A stretch of 64,000 nt of DNA from Carcharhinus amblyrhynchos (taxonomy: Eukaryota): positions 46,562,001 through 46,626,000 of the forward strand of contig OZ336880.1 in NCBI GenBank assembly GCA_965287045.1, written 5' to 3'. Shown here one piece after another: positions 37,861-51,149 of this stretch. The notes below the pieces were generated by a model. That model was given only the letters and a program-made list of their open reading frames with translations. It made no database searches and was not told the origin of the DNA. The translations under genes and the position numbers were made by a program. How positions within the stretch are numbered: the first letter of the stretch is position 1; each line of letters starts with the position of its first letter.

Positions 37861-40800
37861 GTCACTGGCATTTATGTCCTTGCCCTGTTCCGAGGTTGCA
37901 GATCAGCCTGCACAGGGGAGCAGAAGTATGTGAGTATGTCCTTCATAGAATGGAGTTGATGCACACCTAAGGAGGAGTTTGTTCACTTTGAGTTTCCCTC
38001 ACTTGAAGTAACATCATAAATGTTTGTCTGATCAGTAATGTCTCAGGTGTGCTGCCATAGTCTTCTATTCCTATTCTTGATTTTGCTGAATCAAAATTCC
38101 ATATTTCTGACGACTATTTTATGGAAAATACCCACTCCCTCAGACTGCTGTGAGCCAGGAATTTCAAAGCTTAAAGCACTGTAATATGGAGCATATGAAA
38201 GACACTGGTAAGAGTATAGATATCTCCCTTCAGGATAAATAGAACTGTGAGTACAGCCTTCTTATTTATTCCATTCCCCTGAATCAAGTTTTAAGATCAA
38301 GCTTGGACATCTTTAGAAGGTATGCAGCAGAAACGGTTAATAAAAAGTCACAGAATAAAGTGCACGCAGCTTATGTTACGATTGATTGATTGCCATGCCC
38401 TTGTTTTGTAAAATAAAAGATATTTGCTCAGAATTTTATGAAATTAACTGATTTTACAAACCAGCAATTCAGTTCAAATAAGTCAGTCTTAAAATCTTCA
38501 TTGACAGCTACTGCAAATCAAAATTGCACTGCATCCTTTTGCACATGAAGTGTGAGCAGTTACATAAATTACCTCTTATTTTCCCTCTTATCATTCCTCT
38601 TTTTGTCAGGAACACAGCTCTTAGTTGGATTGTTTTTCCCCTCGTCAGTGTTGTCAAAAGAAGCAAAATAATCTTCTGCTTATTGAATAAAACATTAAGC
38701 TTGCCCCTTGTGTTGCAGGTGTTAAAACAAACAACCTATTGCTATTCTGTAGACTCTGTGCATTTTCTTATACCAAGAGATTTATACTGGTTTTAATTAT
38801 AAACATCTCTAAGCTATGCTTGTCTATTTTGATACTCAGCTTTGTAGCATATTTGTATGAAAATATGTAGGAAAATACAAGCTATTATTTTAATTGAAGA
38901 AACGTTCATCGGTTTTCTATGCTATATCATGGATTGCAATGTCACTTGTTCTTGGACATAATGGTAGTTAAATACTCTAAATCAGCCACAACAGTGTTGG
39001 CTTGTGAGTTTGATGGAGCAATTGTTACTATCTAAATCCTTTTTCATTTGGTGGAATATTTACTGAAGAGCAGAATTTCTTACTCTTAGTCGGGTAATTA
39101 TCTTTCTTCAATATATGGTCTTTGGAATTTCCTTTTCTGACCCTCAACCACTTGCATCATCATTTCACCTGATCTATTTGATGCGTAGATTTACTCATCA
39201 TGTTTTGAAAGTGAAAACTATCCCAAGGTATTGTGCAATTTTTCAATTCAGTGAAATAAATTAGTTACCAGTCCAAAGTTGTCCAACTAATAGTACACTC
39301 GAAGAGGGCAGTATACCCTTATCTTCAGTAAAATTCTGGTGCATTCTGCCTCTCTACAAGGATTTTTCTTGTACCTCTGCCATTGTCATATTGCCTTTGA
39401 GGTTATAGCACACAAAATATTTAAAGTGATTCATAATTTAAATCTAGTCAGGTTGAAAATCATTTGCCTAATTTTGTTGCCAAAGTTTAACGGTGAGTTT
39501 AACATGCATACTATTATTGTGTAACTTGGGGCGAGATAAAGCTACTCATGAAATGTAAATTGCAAAAAGTTGCTGCATGATTTATCCCTGCAAAAATGGC
39601 AGCTTTTATGCATTAATTGCCAATTAAGATTACTGCAGAAAGGTAGGCCTAATACATTTTCAGTTATGAGATTTTGTTCCTACTTTTCCTTTTTTTGTTC
39701 ACTTTTAATTCAATCTATCTTTCCTTCCCTTTATTTTTAAAGAAATGGCATTTGATGATGCATTCACTGACCTTGACCACCTGTGAGCACTCATTAAACT
39801 TCTTCCTGCACTGAGTCCAGGTGGCTGGAGGCTTGTTTGTTCAGATACAAGATCTCTCTCCTCCAGTCAATCTGCACCAACTGCTACATTAGAAAACACT
39901 GGAGCACAGTAAATGCTCTGTCGCACTTCTCCTCATGTTCAGAGACTTCTGCCTATTCACTTCCAGCACCTGCTGCAGCCAAAATACACCTCCCATTTAA
40001 GAGATATAGGTTATCTTTAAGTAGTATCAGACCAGCTTTAGGTAGTTCTCTTGTCACATAAGCTTGGACTCCCTGCTGAGATCATTGTCGCTCAGCAGTA
40101 GTGCATTTAGTGCTAGGCTGCGTGTTACTGTCATTATAACAAGCAGGTAACACAAAGCTGTGGACTGTTTGTATTCTAATGAAATAGTGCTAATTAATCA
40201 TGCGTACTGATCCCTGGGCTCATTATTGGTTTATCCAATTATTCCCCCATGATCTATTATGAATTCATATATTTCTAGGTAATCCTGATGAAAACAGGAT
40301 TGTAAGAGAATTCTTCTGGGCCTCAGTTCACCTACAAGTGGTTTGATTTCAGTGATAGTATCTGATGAGCTCCAATTGTTTGCAGAAAACTCCACACAGC
40401 AGCTATCATCATGCAAGCTATTCTTCATGTCTTACTGTTTTGAATTGGTGACTGTGCACAGTTGATTGGAACATAAGGAAAGCAGAACTGAATGACCATT
40501 TCCCTCCTCTTTTCAAAGAAAATTGATCAGGCTCTAAGCAAATATGTAAGCAGTGTATTTGCAGGATGATAATGCAAAATGTTTGTTTGGGGGTTACAAT
40601 AATAATTTAATAATAATGATAGCATACCTTAATGTAATTTCTGCTCAAGAATCTACGTGTAGCAAAGATTAATGTGGCCACCCATTTGAACTGCGTGAAT
40701 ATAAAACTGCACATGATAAATTAAGAGGCTGTAGTCAGTAACATGAGGATGATGAATATTAGGGTAATATTTAAGGATCTGGAATGTAATATTAACAGTG

Positions 40801-40899
40801 ACTAAAGTGTTCAAAGCATTTTACAAGAGGCTGGAATATGTATTTACAGGATATGGAGACCATAATGTTAATTCTGATTTTTGAAATAAGAGGTGGGGC

Positions 40900-43800
40900 G
40901 GGGGGGAGAGAGAAGGGTCGTGGGTCATGTGATGTAAGCACAGGAACGGGTACATTTTTGTGAGCTCTGATGCTATTCATCTTTTAATCCTTTTATGTAC
41001 TCTGATGCACAATCTAAAATTATTGAATCCTGGAGTGTCCACTCTGTGCTACGTTGCTGGAAGGTCCTGGTTAAGTTTGGGTGCCGAGGATCTGATTAAC
41101 ATCAAGAAAATCCTTGTTTGATGAAGGTGGTTAAAGACAGGCTGGGTTGGGCAGTTTAGCTGGTGAGCATGCTCAGGCCACGTTACAGGCATCAAGATGA
41201 TGACTGCCATTGTAGGTCAAGTTGGGATTGATGGTCTCAGCTCACTGGCACAAGTCACTGGTGCTCATATTGATGAACGGCAAGGTTTCCAAAAGAAAAG
41301 GGATGAAGCAGAGGTAAGAATCACGTCAATCAAGTGGGTATATTCCCTTGGTGAATGCTCACCTTCAGTCCTCAGAAATCCTGCTGCATGGTTTATCAAA
41401 TGGAGCTGGAGAAGGAATGTCCATGTGCCTGATCTTCCAAGGAGAGCTGAGAATAAATGCCCAGCTGAATTTGAGAACTGGCTGCCATGCTTTACATTTC
41501 AAGCTCAAAGAGACATACTGTATCCGGTCTTTGAGATCTGGGGTCAGTTCTAAGTCCTGATTGCTGGCCTTCCATTGTCCTGACCTTGGTGTTCATCAGG
41601 TGGGGCTAAAGCCGTACACAGATGGACCTCACCACCTGCCAGGACCTAGGTCACTTTCTGCTGGGGCTTTTGGGCAACAATACAACAGAGGTCAGAGGCT
41701 TTAGTGAAATTATACACAGATCCTTGATATTGCTCAACAATCCTGCCAAGGCTATGGCTTTTTCAAACTCTGTAGATGGCTGTTACCTTGCAGTTTGTCA
41801 TTAATCCTGAACTACTCCCTTTGTGATTATAATCCTGATTTTGTGATGCTGTCTTATCCTGTCAAAGGTGTTTGATATATGTGCACTTTGGCATATGTCG
41901 CTTGTTTTCCTGTTATTCTTTGAAAGCCAGGAATATCAGCTATTTACCATTCATATAGATGATCTGGAGGAGGGAACCGAGTGTATGGTGTCGAAATTTG
42001 CTGATGACACCAAGATTGGTGGAACGGCAAATTGCGCGGAGGGTGTGGAGAGTCTGCAGAAGGATCTAGATAGGCTGGGCGAATGGGCCAGGAACTGGCA
42101 AATGGAATTTAATGTTGACAAATGCGAGGTGGTCCACTTTGGTAGGAATAATGGTAGGAAGGACTATTACTTACGTTGCGAAAAACTGCAGCAGGCGACG
42201 GTGCAGAGGGACCTCGGGGTGCATGAATCGCAAAAACCCACCCTGCAGGTGCAGCAGGTGGTCAGGAAGGCGAATGGGATGCTGGCCTTCATAGCGAGGG
42301 GGATTGAATATAAAAGTAGGGAGGTCTTGCTGCAGCTGTATAGGGCAATGGTGAGGCCGCAGCTGGAGTACTGTGTGCAGTTTTGGTCGCCGCACTTACG
42401 CAAGGATATTTTGGCCTTGGAGGGAGTGCAGAGGAGGTTTACTAGGCTGATGCTGGAGTTGAGGGGGTTGAGCTATGAGGAGAGGCTGAATAAACTAGGC
42501 TTGTACTCGTTAGAGTTTAGAAGAATGAGGGGAGATCTCATTGAGACATATAAGATGATGAATGGGATGGATAGGACAGAGGTGGAGAGACTCCTCCCAC
42601 TCAGAAAGGACAGTAGGACTAGGGGGCACAGCCTCAAGATAAAGGGGGGGCGGTTTAGAACGGAGTTGAGGAGGAACTTCTTCACTCAAAGGGTGGTGAA
42701 TCTCTGGAATTCTCTGCCCGTTGAAGTGGTGGAGGCTGCCTCGCTAAATATTTTTAAGACGCGGGTTGATGGGTTTTTGATAAGCGAGGGGATTAAGGGT
42801 TATGGGGAGAGGGCGGGAAAGTGGAACTGAGCCACGACAGATCAGCCATGATCTTATTGAATGGCGGGGCAGGCTCGAAGGGCTAGATGGCCTACTCCTG
42901 CTCCTATTTCTTATGTTCTTATGTATGTTCTAATATCCATTTATTTATAATGGAATTCAGCCACCTGTACGCTCTGGTGGTGGAACGAGGAAGACCTTAG
43001 TTTAAGATGCATTACTGTTTGTCCCTGCCTCTGCATAGGTAGAGTTGGGGAAAATATACGCTGGTTCACATCTGACGATAGTCGGGAAATCCTTGGTTAT
43101 CTAGCCTTTTTTTGGTTGGTTTCCTATATTTTCATTGGCTGCACAGGTTGTGGTATTGGCTACTTGGTAGTTTGGCTCCTGGAATGGCCAGTGAGCACAT
43201 CATCCTGTTCAGAGAAGGAAATTATTTTCCTCCCAAGATAGCCTACTGTGGATGTCTAGATAATTCCTCCTCCTGTTGTTAGAGTTTCCTTGACGGAGGA
43301 AAAGTGGTTGGAATGTGTTAATGGCAGGGCCTGAAGAATGTCTCAGGTGTGACTGGGGATAAGGGAAGTTTCTTTTGTTTGAAGCCCTATGGTGGCGCGA
43401 GTACTCCTGGCTTGTCAGTTCTTTTTTTAAACTGTGTCATTGTTCTATGTTTACCTCGACTGGGTAGGTTAGGGCAGTAGCTACATTGATTATCCATTAC
43501 TGGATCCTATGGAAAATATATTAGATGAGGAATAAGCTGTCTTTCCCTGGGGACTTCCAGACAACGCTATCTGAGTTTCTCCTACAAGGTTATATGGCTA
43601 TGTTCTTGATATTCTGCATGTGAGTGTGTACTGTCGACCCATGTCCTGCGTCTATGGTCTTGCCCTGATGTTCCTCTCTCACTGAGATTCCCTTTCATTT
43701 TCTGGGTCATTGGGATGCTGACAGAGGCTCTGATTTATTACATTTGATCTCATGGGTTTTCCTTCATCTTATTAGGAAGAGAAGGATTGTATCTTTTCCT

Positions 43801-44700
43801 GAGATAGCCCGTCTGTGGGTCTTGATGATTCTTCTTCTTCTGGTTGGTGGGGTCTCCTTGGTAGGTAAGGTAATGAGTAGGTAATGGGTAAGATTTTTCG
43901 GTTGATGGTGGGGCTTGAGCGGCACCTCCAGTGTGGCCGGAAACATGTGAAATTTATTTTGTGGTGAGCCCACGCATATTGTGCAAATCCTTGGCATATT
44001 GGGTCTTCTTTTATCTATGTAAATATCCCTTTATTTTTGGCTGTGGAGGCAAGGGTAGCAGCTATTTTGAAAATTTGTGCTTACAAGGTGTGGAGGTTAT
44101 ACTATAGTTTAGGTCTCCCTAATGGAAGGTAACCTGTTATTTGTGGCTTCTGGGGAAAGTTTAGATACCCAGGCACTGTTTAATCTGCACTCTTCCTGGG
44201 AAGTTGTGTAGCTCTGCTCCTGTTATCCTGCATGTGAGTGTATACACTGTAATACCATGTCTTGGGTTTGGGGTTGTATCTTGATGTTCCCCTCTTTTTG
44301 GGTATCCTTTCAATCTTCAGAAATCTTGGGGCACAGTTTTAGGCTCCAAGTGTTTGTATTTGATCCTATGGGGGACTCCCTTATGCTATGTAGCTCGGTC
44401 CTCATTGTTCTGTGGGTGAGCACATGCACACTGTGCCACCTGCGCATGGCTTTCTCTATCCTATTGTCTTGATAGTCCCCCGTTTTGTGTACTTTCCTTT
44501 CATTATCCATACGAAGGGAAGCACTGGTTACAACGATTATAATTAATAATCAATATTCCAAACCAATTGTAACGATACTTGCCAGTCTTTTCTGTAGTTG
44601 TGGAAAAATGATTTGTAGTATACCAATCCTTGAAGGTTTGTTGCATTGTTTGTAACAATGGGGAGAAAAAATGTTAAATAAAAATATTTTAAAAAAGAGG
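40900..44700 (+). mobile_element. Degenerate L1/Tx1-clade LINE split by a young CR1 insertion
   Basis: ORF1-like SWRRNVHVPDLPRRAENKCPAEFENWLP (family form RSRRNN.RI.GLPE..E....F...WLP). ORF2 C-terminal H..W.C.....FW-like segments at about 43640 and 44255. Ends with AATAAA and an A-rich tail at about 44677-44697. Confidence 0.55.
41938..42931 (+). mobile_element. Young 5'-truncated CR1 LINE with an open RT C-terminal frame
   Basis: Uninterrupted ORF QLFTIHIDDL...SKFADDTKIG...YCVQFWSP...RRNFFTQRVVNLWNSLP, CpGs retained, (TTCTTATG)n tail, and AATATC on both flanks (41932-41937 and 42932-42937). Confidence 0.97.
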
Positions 44701-45741
44701 CCAATGGATCTTCAGAAATTCCATGAAATAATTAAGTTCCTATATGAAGATTGAAAAATGAATTACAATTTATTAGGATTTTCAGGAGGCAATTAGTAAA
44801 GTATTATATGTGAAATGTCCATAAAAGCAACAACAATCCACAGAAACAATGGTTAATAAGATAATCGATATTGAAAAATTGCTTTGCAGTAGAAAGCAAA
44901 AGATGATGAATGAAAAAAGCTCTGCTGAATTCCCTGGAAGTTCAAATCTTTTGTAACTGACGTAGAATAGAGTACTTCCTGCACAATAATACAAAATTTG
45001 TCGAGAAACTCTAGCTATACAAACATGTGGTTAGTATTAACAGCATTTCAAGTGATTTGGTTTGATTAATTGGATAGGGCAGAGAAAAGTAGCTAGATTT
45101 TGCAAAGTACATATTTTGGAGCAAGAAATATTTTGACAAAGTAAATAAGTGCTACTTTGGATAAATCTCACAGCACCTGCTACTTCTTGGAAATCTCCCA
45201 CCAAAGTATTAATCCAGCTCATTTAGCTATTAAAATCAACCATTAGAAAGCTCATTTGTGGTAAGTGGTCTCAGGCAAGCAAAGACTTTCAGTCTCTCTC
45301 GCCCATCCATTCAGAGTATTCCCTTGGTGCGCTCATTATAATCCTGAATGCCATTTGATGACAAGACCTGTCTAGTTCCTTCTTGAAACCAATTAAAGTT
45401 TCTTGTTCCCCGCACCCATACCAGTACTCTGTATTCCACATACTTAGAACCCTTTTAGGAAAAAATATCTCTCCTGACTTCCCCTTGTTATCCTTAATTT
45501 GTAAATATGATCCTTTGTGCTCAGGCTCTGTACATAGCAAAACAGTTTACTTGGATTCAATTTGTCCAAAGCATTCATAAACTTGAAATATTTATATCCC
45601 CTCTCAGTTTTTTTCAAAGAGAAAAAAAACCATCTTTTAATCTTTCAAAAGCAAAATACTGCAGATACTGAAAATCTGAAATAAAAAAGTGCTCAATACT
45701 CAGTAGGTCAGGCAGCATCTCTGGAGAAAAACATAATTAAT

Positions 45742-48345
45742 GGGCATAATTCTCCAATTTTCAGATCAGGTCTGGTGGCGCCTTTTCCACTTGCCAGGTT
45801 CTGCACTTGGAAGTTCATTAATTACGCACAGTGAGTTCCTCTCTGGTGGGCCAGCAGCTGGTTCATCTGCCTGGCATCAGCTGGCAGGTTTGAAGATCCT
45901 GCCACCTTACTTAAACGTGAGTCCATGACATTTTTATCACTCTATACAGAACTCTTGTCTTTACAAGGTTCTCCAACACGTCTGGAATCCAGAAGCAAAA
46001 GGCACCACCTGCTTTAAGTGCCCTCAAGGCCCTTATACAGCATGCCTGGGCCCACTGATATGTTCTGTACCCCAGGGACAGCTCAAAGCAGCACATGAAC
46101 CTCATGTCTCTGGCCTGGGAGGCCCAGGAGGTCAGTGTTGCTACCATCTACCTGTGAAGCACCATCCAGTTCAGGAAGCAGATGAATGATCTTATCCACT
46201 CTGCCAAGATAAGGTTTCTCTTAGCTCCCTCCACTATCAAACTCTCACATGGCATCAGATTCTCAAATGGCTACCCTCTTTACAGATCTCATACATTCAG
46301 TTGTGCAGGACATGTATCAAAACTTACACTCTCAACAAGACTTTCACAACACCACCACCCCATCTGTCTTATTGATCGAACTTCAATCTCTGTCCCTTCT
46401 ACCTGCACCAACTCCAGCTGTGCAAGCAGCCAAGGGTGTTTTGCCCGAGTAGGAGACCTTTATGAGGCTCGGCCCCTCCAGGACTTGGTGCCTCCTAAGA
46501 GAATGTCATCACAGGTATCAGCAAACTACCTCTACTCTTGCTGCGGATGTCAGGGCTAGAACAAGGCATAGTGGTAGGGTTAGGAAAGCTAAAAAGTCTT
46601 GAGGTCACCTCAGGGTCATGGGTGCTCTACACAGTGAGCAGGTTACACTTTTAAAAACCATTCCATGGGTATATGAATGTAGTGGTCAGATGAAAGTATT
46701 TTGGTTTCGATTTTTGCAATCTTCTTATTTTGAATTTCAATTTTTCTTACATTCATCATGTCTCCTTTTAAGATTAAAATTCATATGATGTCAACCTCTG
46801 TGGAACTTGTTACTTGTGTGTTGTCATGGAAATATGCATAATTCCTCATTAGGAGTGTATGATGAGTGAGCTCTCAATTTTTGGTCCTTAAGGGATAGCA
46901 ATGACTGAGGAGGACTCATCAGACATGTGACTCTCTGTACACGTGGGTTTCCTTACTAATACTGTCCCAAACCAAGATACACAGTTTACAATGTAAGCCC
47001 TACACTGGTCCGTACATCCTTCGCGGCAGTATTTTTCTTCCTTGGATAACGTAGGAAGCATCCAGATTTGACTCACATTGCTGTTCTTCCTTGCTGGAGT
47101 TCAAGTTGAGAGAGTGAGTCCAATAGCAGGACACCAATGTTCACCCTACTACTTTATTTTAATGAGTCATGAAGGTCTGCACTCTGACTTCTGTCTGCTA
47201 ATTCATGAGCTTAAATGGGAATCTTAACATAGCTCCCATTTTCAAAGAGAACGACGGACAACAGTAACGTTCACAAAGCAATGCTTAGTGTTTGTGCGAA
47301 CCATCCCTAATGTGCCACACTAACAGGCGTCCACCCCATAATCTGCAGCTTGTATGCATCCCCTTCCAGTCATACATGCGCTATCTCTTAGCCGCCTCCC
47401 TTACCTGTGTCATGCAGCTTTGTCAGTGTCCAGTTTTCCTCCCCTCTGTCTTCCATTGTTTGTCCTCTTCATCCACCTCCATTCCCCTCTGCCTGCCATC
47501 ATGAACCCTTGCCCTCCTCCCCTGCTTTGCATAGCTCACTTTCCACACTGCTTCCCTCATGTTTGCCCTTCTTCCAACTTCCTACTTGAACAGCCCTCCT
47601 TTCACATTACCTCTGTTTACCATCCCTCCATCCCCGCTCTTTGCACAGTCCTCCTTCCATATTGCCCCCATGTCTTCATCAGCCCATTTGTCTCACACCT
47701 GACCATCCCCCCCCCCAGTCAAAACTTGGACTTTTTTTTAATGAGGGCTGCATGAATCCCACAGCATGGTGCAGTCCAGATAGATACCAAGTATGTGGCA
47801 CTAGAAGGAGAGGGGGCCAGAAGAGACTTCTGTACTCCCCAACTCCAGGCATATACTGATCTGACCCAGTAACTCAAGAGGGTCCATGGGTCCAGCAGCA
47901 TAGTGCTGCCCATGAAGACTGACCACCATGGAGATAGAGGGCAGGAATCGGTCTGCCCCAGCAGAATAATGAACAAAGCATATGGAGCAGCACAACATTG
48001 TAGCAGATAGGCTTTGTTACACTCACTTCAAAGGCTCTTACAAATTGAGAACCTCTTTGTGCATGCTATTCATTATCAATTGCTTTCAGACAGTATAAAC
48101 TCATGCTGACATGGCACAAGATTGGAAAACCTGATGAAATTTCAACTAGCAGCTATTTTAATGAGCATTTATGAGATGCAAATTAATGTAAATGGTATTC
48201 ACACCACTTGTCAGCAGGAAGACTGACCTACTATTAACCATTGGGAAAATGCAACGCGATTTTATTTCGGTGGCTTTCTGATTTTTTGATTCTCCAATCC
48301 CGCTTGTCACCAAACCCAGCAGCAGTGCTAAGGGAAAATCTGTCC
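45742..48345 (+). mobile_element. Harbinger-derived non-autonomous element with a Myb/SANT-like ORF remnant
   Basis: Degenerate TIRs GGGCATAATTCTCC / GGGAAAATCTGTCC with 3-bp flanks AAT/AAC. The stretch at about 46115-46210 reads WEAQEVS....IQFRKQMNDLIHSAK (Myb/SANT-like helix). It splits another repeat (45650-45741 and 48346-48460). Confidence 0.55.
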
Positions 48346-48837
48346 AACTTTTCAATTTGACGGTCCAACATCAGAAAGGTCAGTGGCCTGAAATAATAAC
48401 TTTGTTTCTCTCTGCTGCCTGACCTGCTGAGTACTTCCACAATTTTTTTGTTTTATTTCAATCATTCTTTATTTATCAATTCCTAAAATTTTAGGATCAA
48501 ATGTGTTGCCTTTCTCTGTACCCCTTCAACATCTGAATGTCTTTCATGAAATAGAGGAACCAAAATGTAGAGTAGACCAGATGTGGTCTTAGGAGGGTCA
48601 AATAATAATTTCAAAATGATTCTCTAGATTTATACACTATGTCCCTTGTTGTTGATCCCAAAAATATTAGTTTTTTTTAATTGCCAGATGGTTTAGTGAT
48701 CTGTCCACTAAAACCCAGAGATCTTGCTCCTGCTCTAACAACCCAATTACATTTCCATTTAGCAAATAATCCATATCAGTTTACCTTTGTCAAATCTCAA
48801 TAGATTTAGGGGGATGGTAGAATATTGGGAATGTTGG

Positions 48838-49115
48838 GTTGTACAGTGGCACAGTGGTTAACACTGCTGCCTGATAGTGCCAGGAACCTGGGTTCAATTC
48901 CCAGCTTTCTGTCTGTACGGAGTCAGCACATTCTCCGTGTCTGTGTGGATTTCCTCTGGATGCTCCAGTTTCCTCCCACAGTCCCAAAGACCTGCTGGTT
49001 AGGTGCATTGGCCATGCTAAGTTCTCCCTCAGTGTACCTGAATCGGCACCAGAGTGTGGCGACTAGGGGATTTTCACAGTAACTTCATGTAAGCCTACTT
49101 GTGACACTAATAAAT
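48838..49115 (+). mobile_element. V-SINE (variant tail)
   Basis: GTGGCACAGTGGTTAACACTGCTGCC head, GGTTCAATTCC B-box and CCTACTTGTGACACTAATAAAT tail. Confidence 0.9.
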
Positions 49116-49184
49116 ATATTCTAAGGTTTTATGCTTTACTAGATGCCCAGGCTAATGGTCTGGAGACCTTCCAGCTCTTCATCT

Positions 49185-49352
49185 GGCAGTATCTTCTGGT
49201 CCCACTGACAATGTGACCCTGCCAAGGGTTTCCCATCGGTATGGAGGAGAATCAATGAGAACTCCCAGAAGATCCTTCCACAGACCAATGGCCATCCACC
49301 TCCCACTGCTAAGAAAAATGCTGCAAGGTGACCACAGAATCCGGCCCATGAT
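49185..49352. mobile_element. Short Harbinger-type MITE
   Basis: Ends GGCAGTATCTTCTGG ... AGAATCCGGCCC resemble the TIR family seen at 60328-60535. Confidence 0.4.
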
Positions 49353-49359
49353 TTCAAGT

Positions 49360-50500
49360 CCCACCTCAGCAGCTGGGGGAATTTAAATTCAATACATCGA
49401 ACAAAAAGCTTGTCTCAGTAATGATGATCATGGAGCCACTGAATTGTCACAAAAATCCATCTGGTTCACTCTATCACTGTCCTTACCAAATCTGACTTAG
49501 ATTTGACTCCAAACCCATCACATCTCTCTGAAACAGTCTAGCAAGTCTCTCAATTGTATCAAACCACCATAGAACAGTTAAATAAGAATGGAAAAATTTG
49601 GACAGACCATACTGTCCTTGCAAAATCTGACCTTAAAACTGAGCACATTCTCTCGTGTTGTGTGGCACTACCAGTGCTAAAGGGACTAAATTCAGAACAG
49701 ATCTAGCAATTTAAAATTGGGCATCCAGTAGGTGCTGTGGGCTACCAGCAGCAGGAGAGTTGTTTTCAAGGAAATCTATAACATCATGGCGCCCTATAGT
49801 CCCACCCTACTATCATCATCAAGCCAGGAACCAGCCCTCGTTCAAAGAAGTAGGTGAGCATGCCACAATCATCAGACACATCTAAAAATGAGGTACCAAC
49901 ATAGTGAAGGTACAGGATTACATGCCTGCTAAATAGGAAAAGTAGCACGTTATAAACAGAGCTAAGAAATGTCACAACCTTTTGATCAGATCAAACCTCT
50001 ACAAACCTACATATCCAGTCATGAATAGTGTTAGACAATTGAACAATAAACGGGGGGATGAGGCTCCAGCATGTTAATGAAGAGATCAAAACTGAAGCAT
50101 TTGCAGTCACCTTCAATCAAAAGTGCCAAGTGAATGATCCACCTTTGCCTCCTGCTGATGTTCAGACAACTTGATTCACTCCATGCGACATCTAGAAATG
50201 GTCAAACTCATTTGATTCAGCAGCAGACATCATTCCAGCTATAATACTGAAGACTTATGTGTCAGAACTAGCCACACCCATGCCAAACTGTTTTAGTACA
50301 GCAACAATGCCAGTATCTACCCACCATTGTAAAAAATGGCCAGGTATGTCCTGTCCACAAAAAGCAAGTTAAATCCAATCCAACCAATTTGAGCCTCATT
50401 TGTTTAGCATCATTCATTGGCAAAGTGGTGTGGTCAACTGTGCTGTCAAGCAGCACATACCGTAATCTGCTTCCCAACATTCAGTTTGAGCTCTAGCAGG
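49360..50500 (+). mobile_element. CR1/jockey-group LINE remnant with a SINE-like 5' segment
   Basis: Degenerate KTEAFAVTFNQKCQVNDP, ILKT..SELATP and QVCPVHKKQVKSNP.N segments of an RT N-terminal region. Confidence 0.65.
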
Positions 50501-51149
50501 ATATTATGTTGTCGTTTTTATGGCATCGTCAAGAGATTTCAGTCTTTGTTAGGGACAAAAGATATTTAATGATGAGAAACTTGGTAGAAGAGGGTTGCAG
50601 CTCTGGCTGCCATGGAGCAGAGCGCCAGTCCTTACATGCTGACAAATGGCCCCAGAAGTAAAATAGCTGAGAGGGGACTCTGTCCCTCCAGTGTGATCAC
50701 TCATTCTGGGTCCCATTGGTTCCTCAAGTTCCGTAAGTCACTTCTGCTGTGCTGTCTTAAAAAGACAAATACCCGACACACAACATCCCTTAACTTTCTA
50801 TTTTCAAAATCTACCTACATTCTAAATAAACATTATACATAAGTTAAACACTTGTAAATTGATGTGGCAATTGTTCAATGGAGGAATCTTGAGGCCTGCA
50901 TTTAACATAACTCTCTCTCTATGCACAGTTCCAAATTTAGTTTTGTGTGGGATTCTTCCATACAGAGTTGCTGCTTTCTGAGTTACGTCCTAGACTGTGC
51001 ATGACAAAGGACTACATTCTTCACTCTCCAATCCACTGATCCTTTTCTAAGTCAAGCACCTAACGCTACAATGCACTGCAGGTACCATCATTACAATACA
51101 ACATAGTTTTACATCTTGACAGTTCTTGCACTATATCAGTTTGTCACTT

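Noticed and set aside
41868-42830. 320-aa ORF as a functional reverse transcriptase gene
   Set aside because: It is a 5'-truncated CR1 lacking the endonuclease and most RT motifs, and the first 22 or so codons come from flanking DNA.
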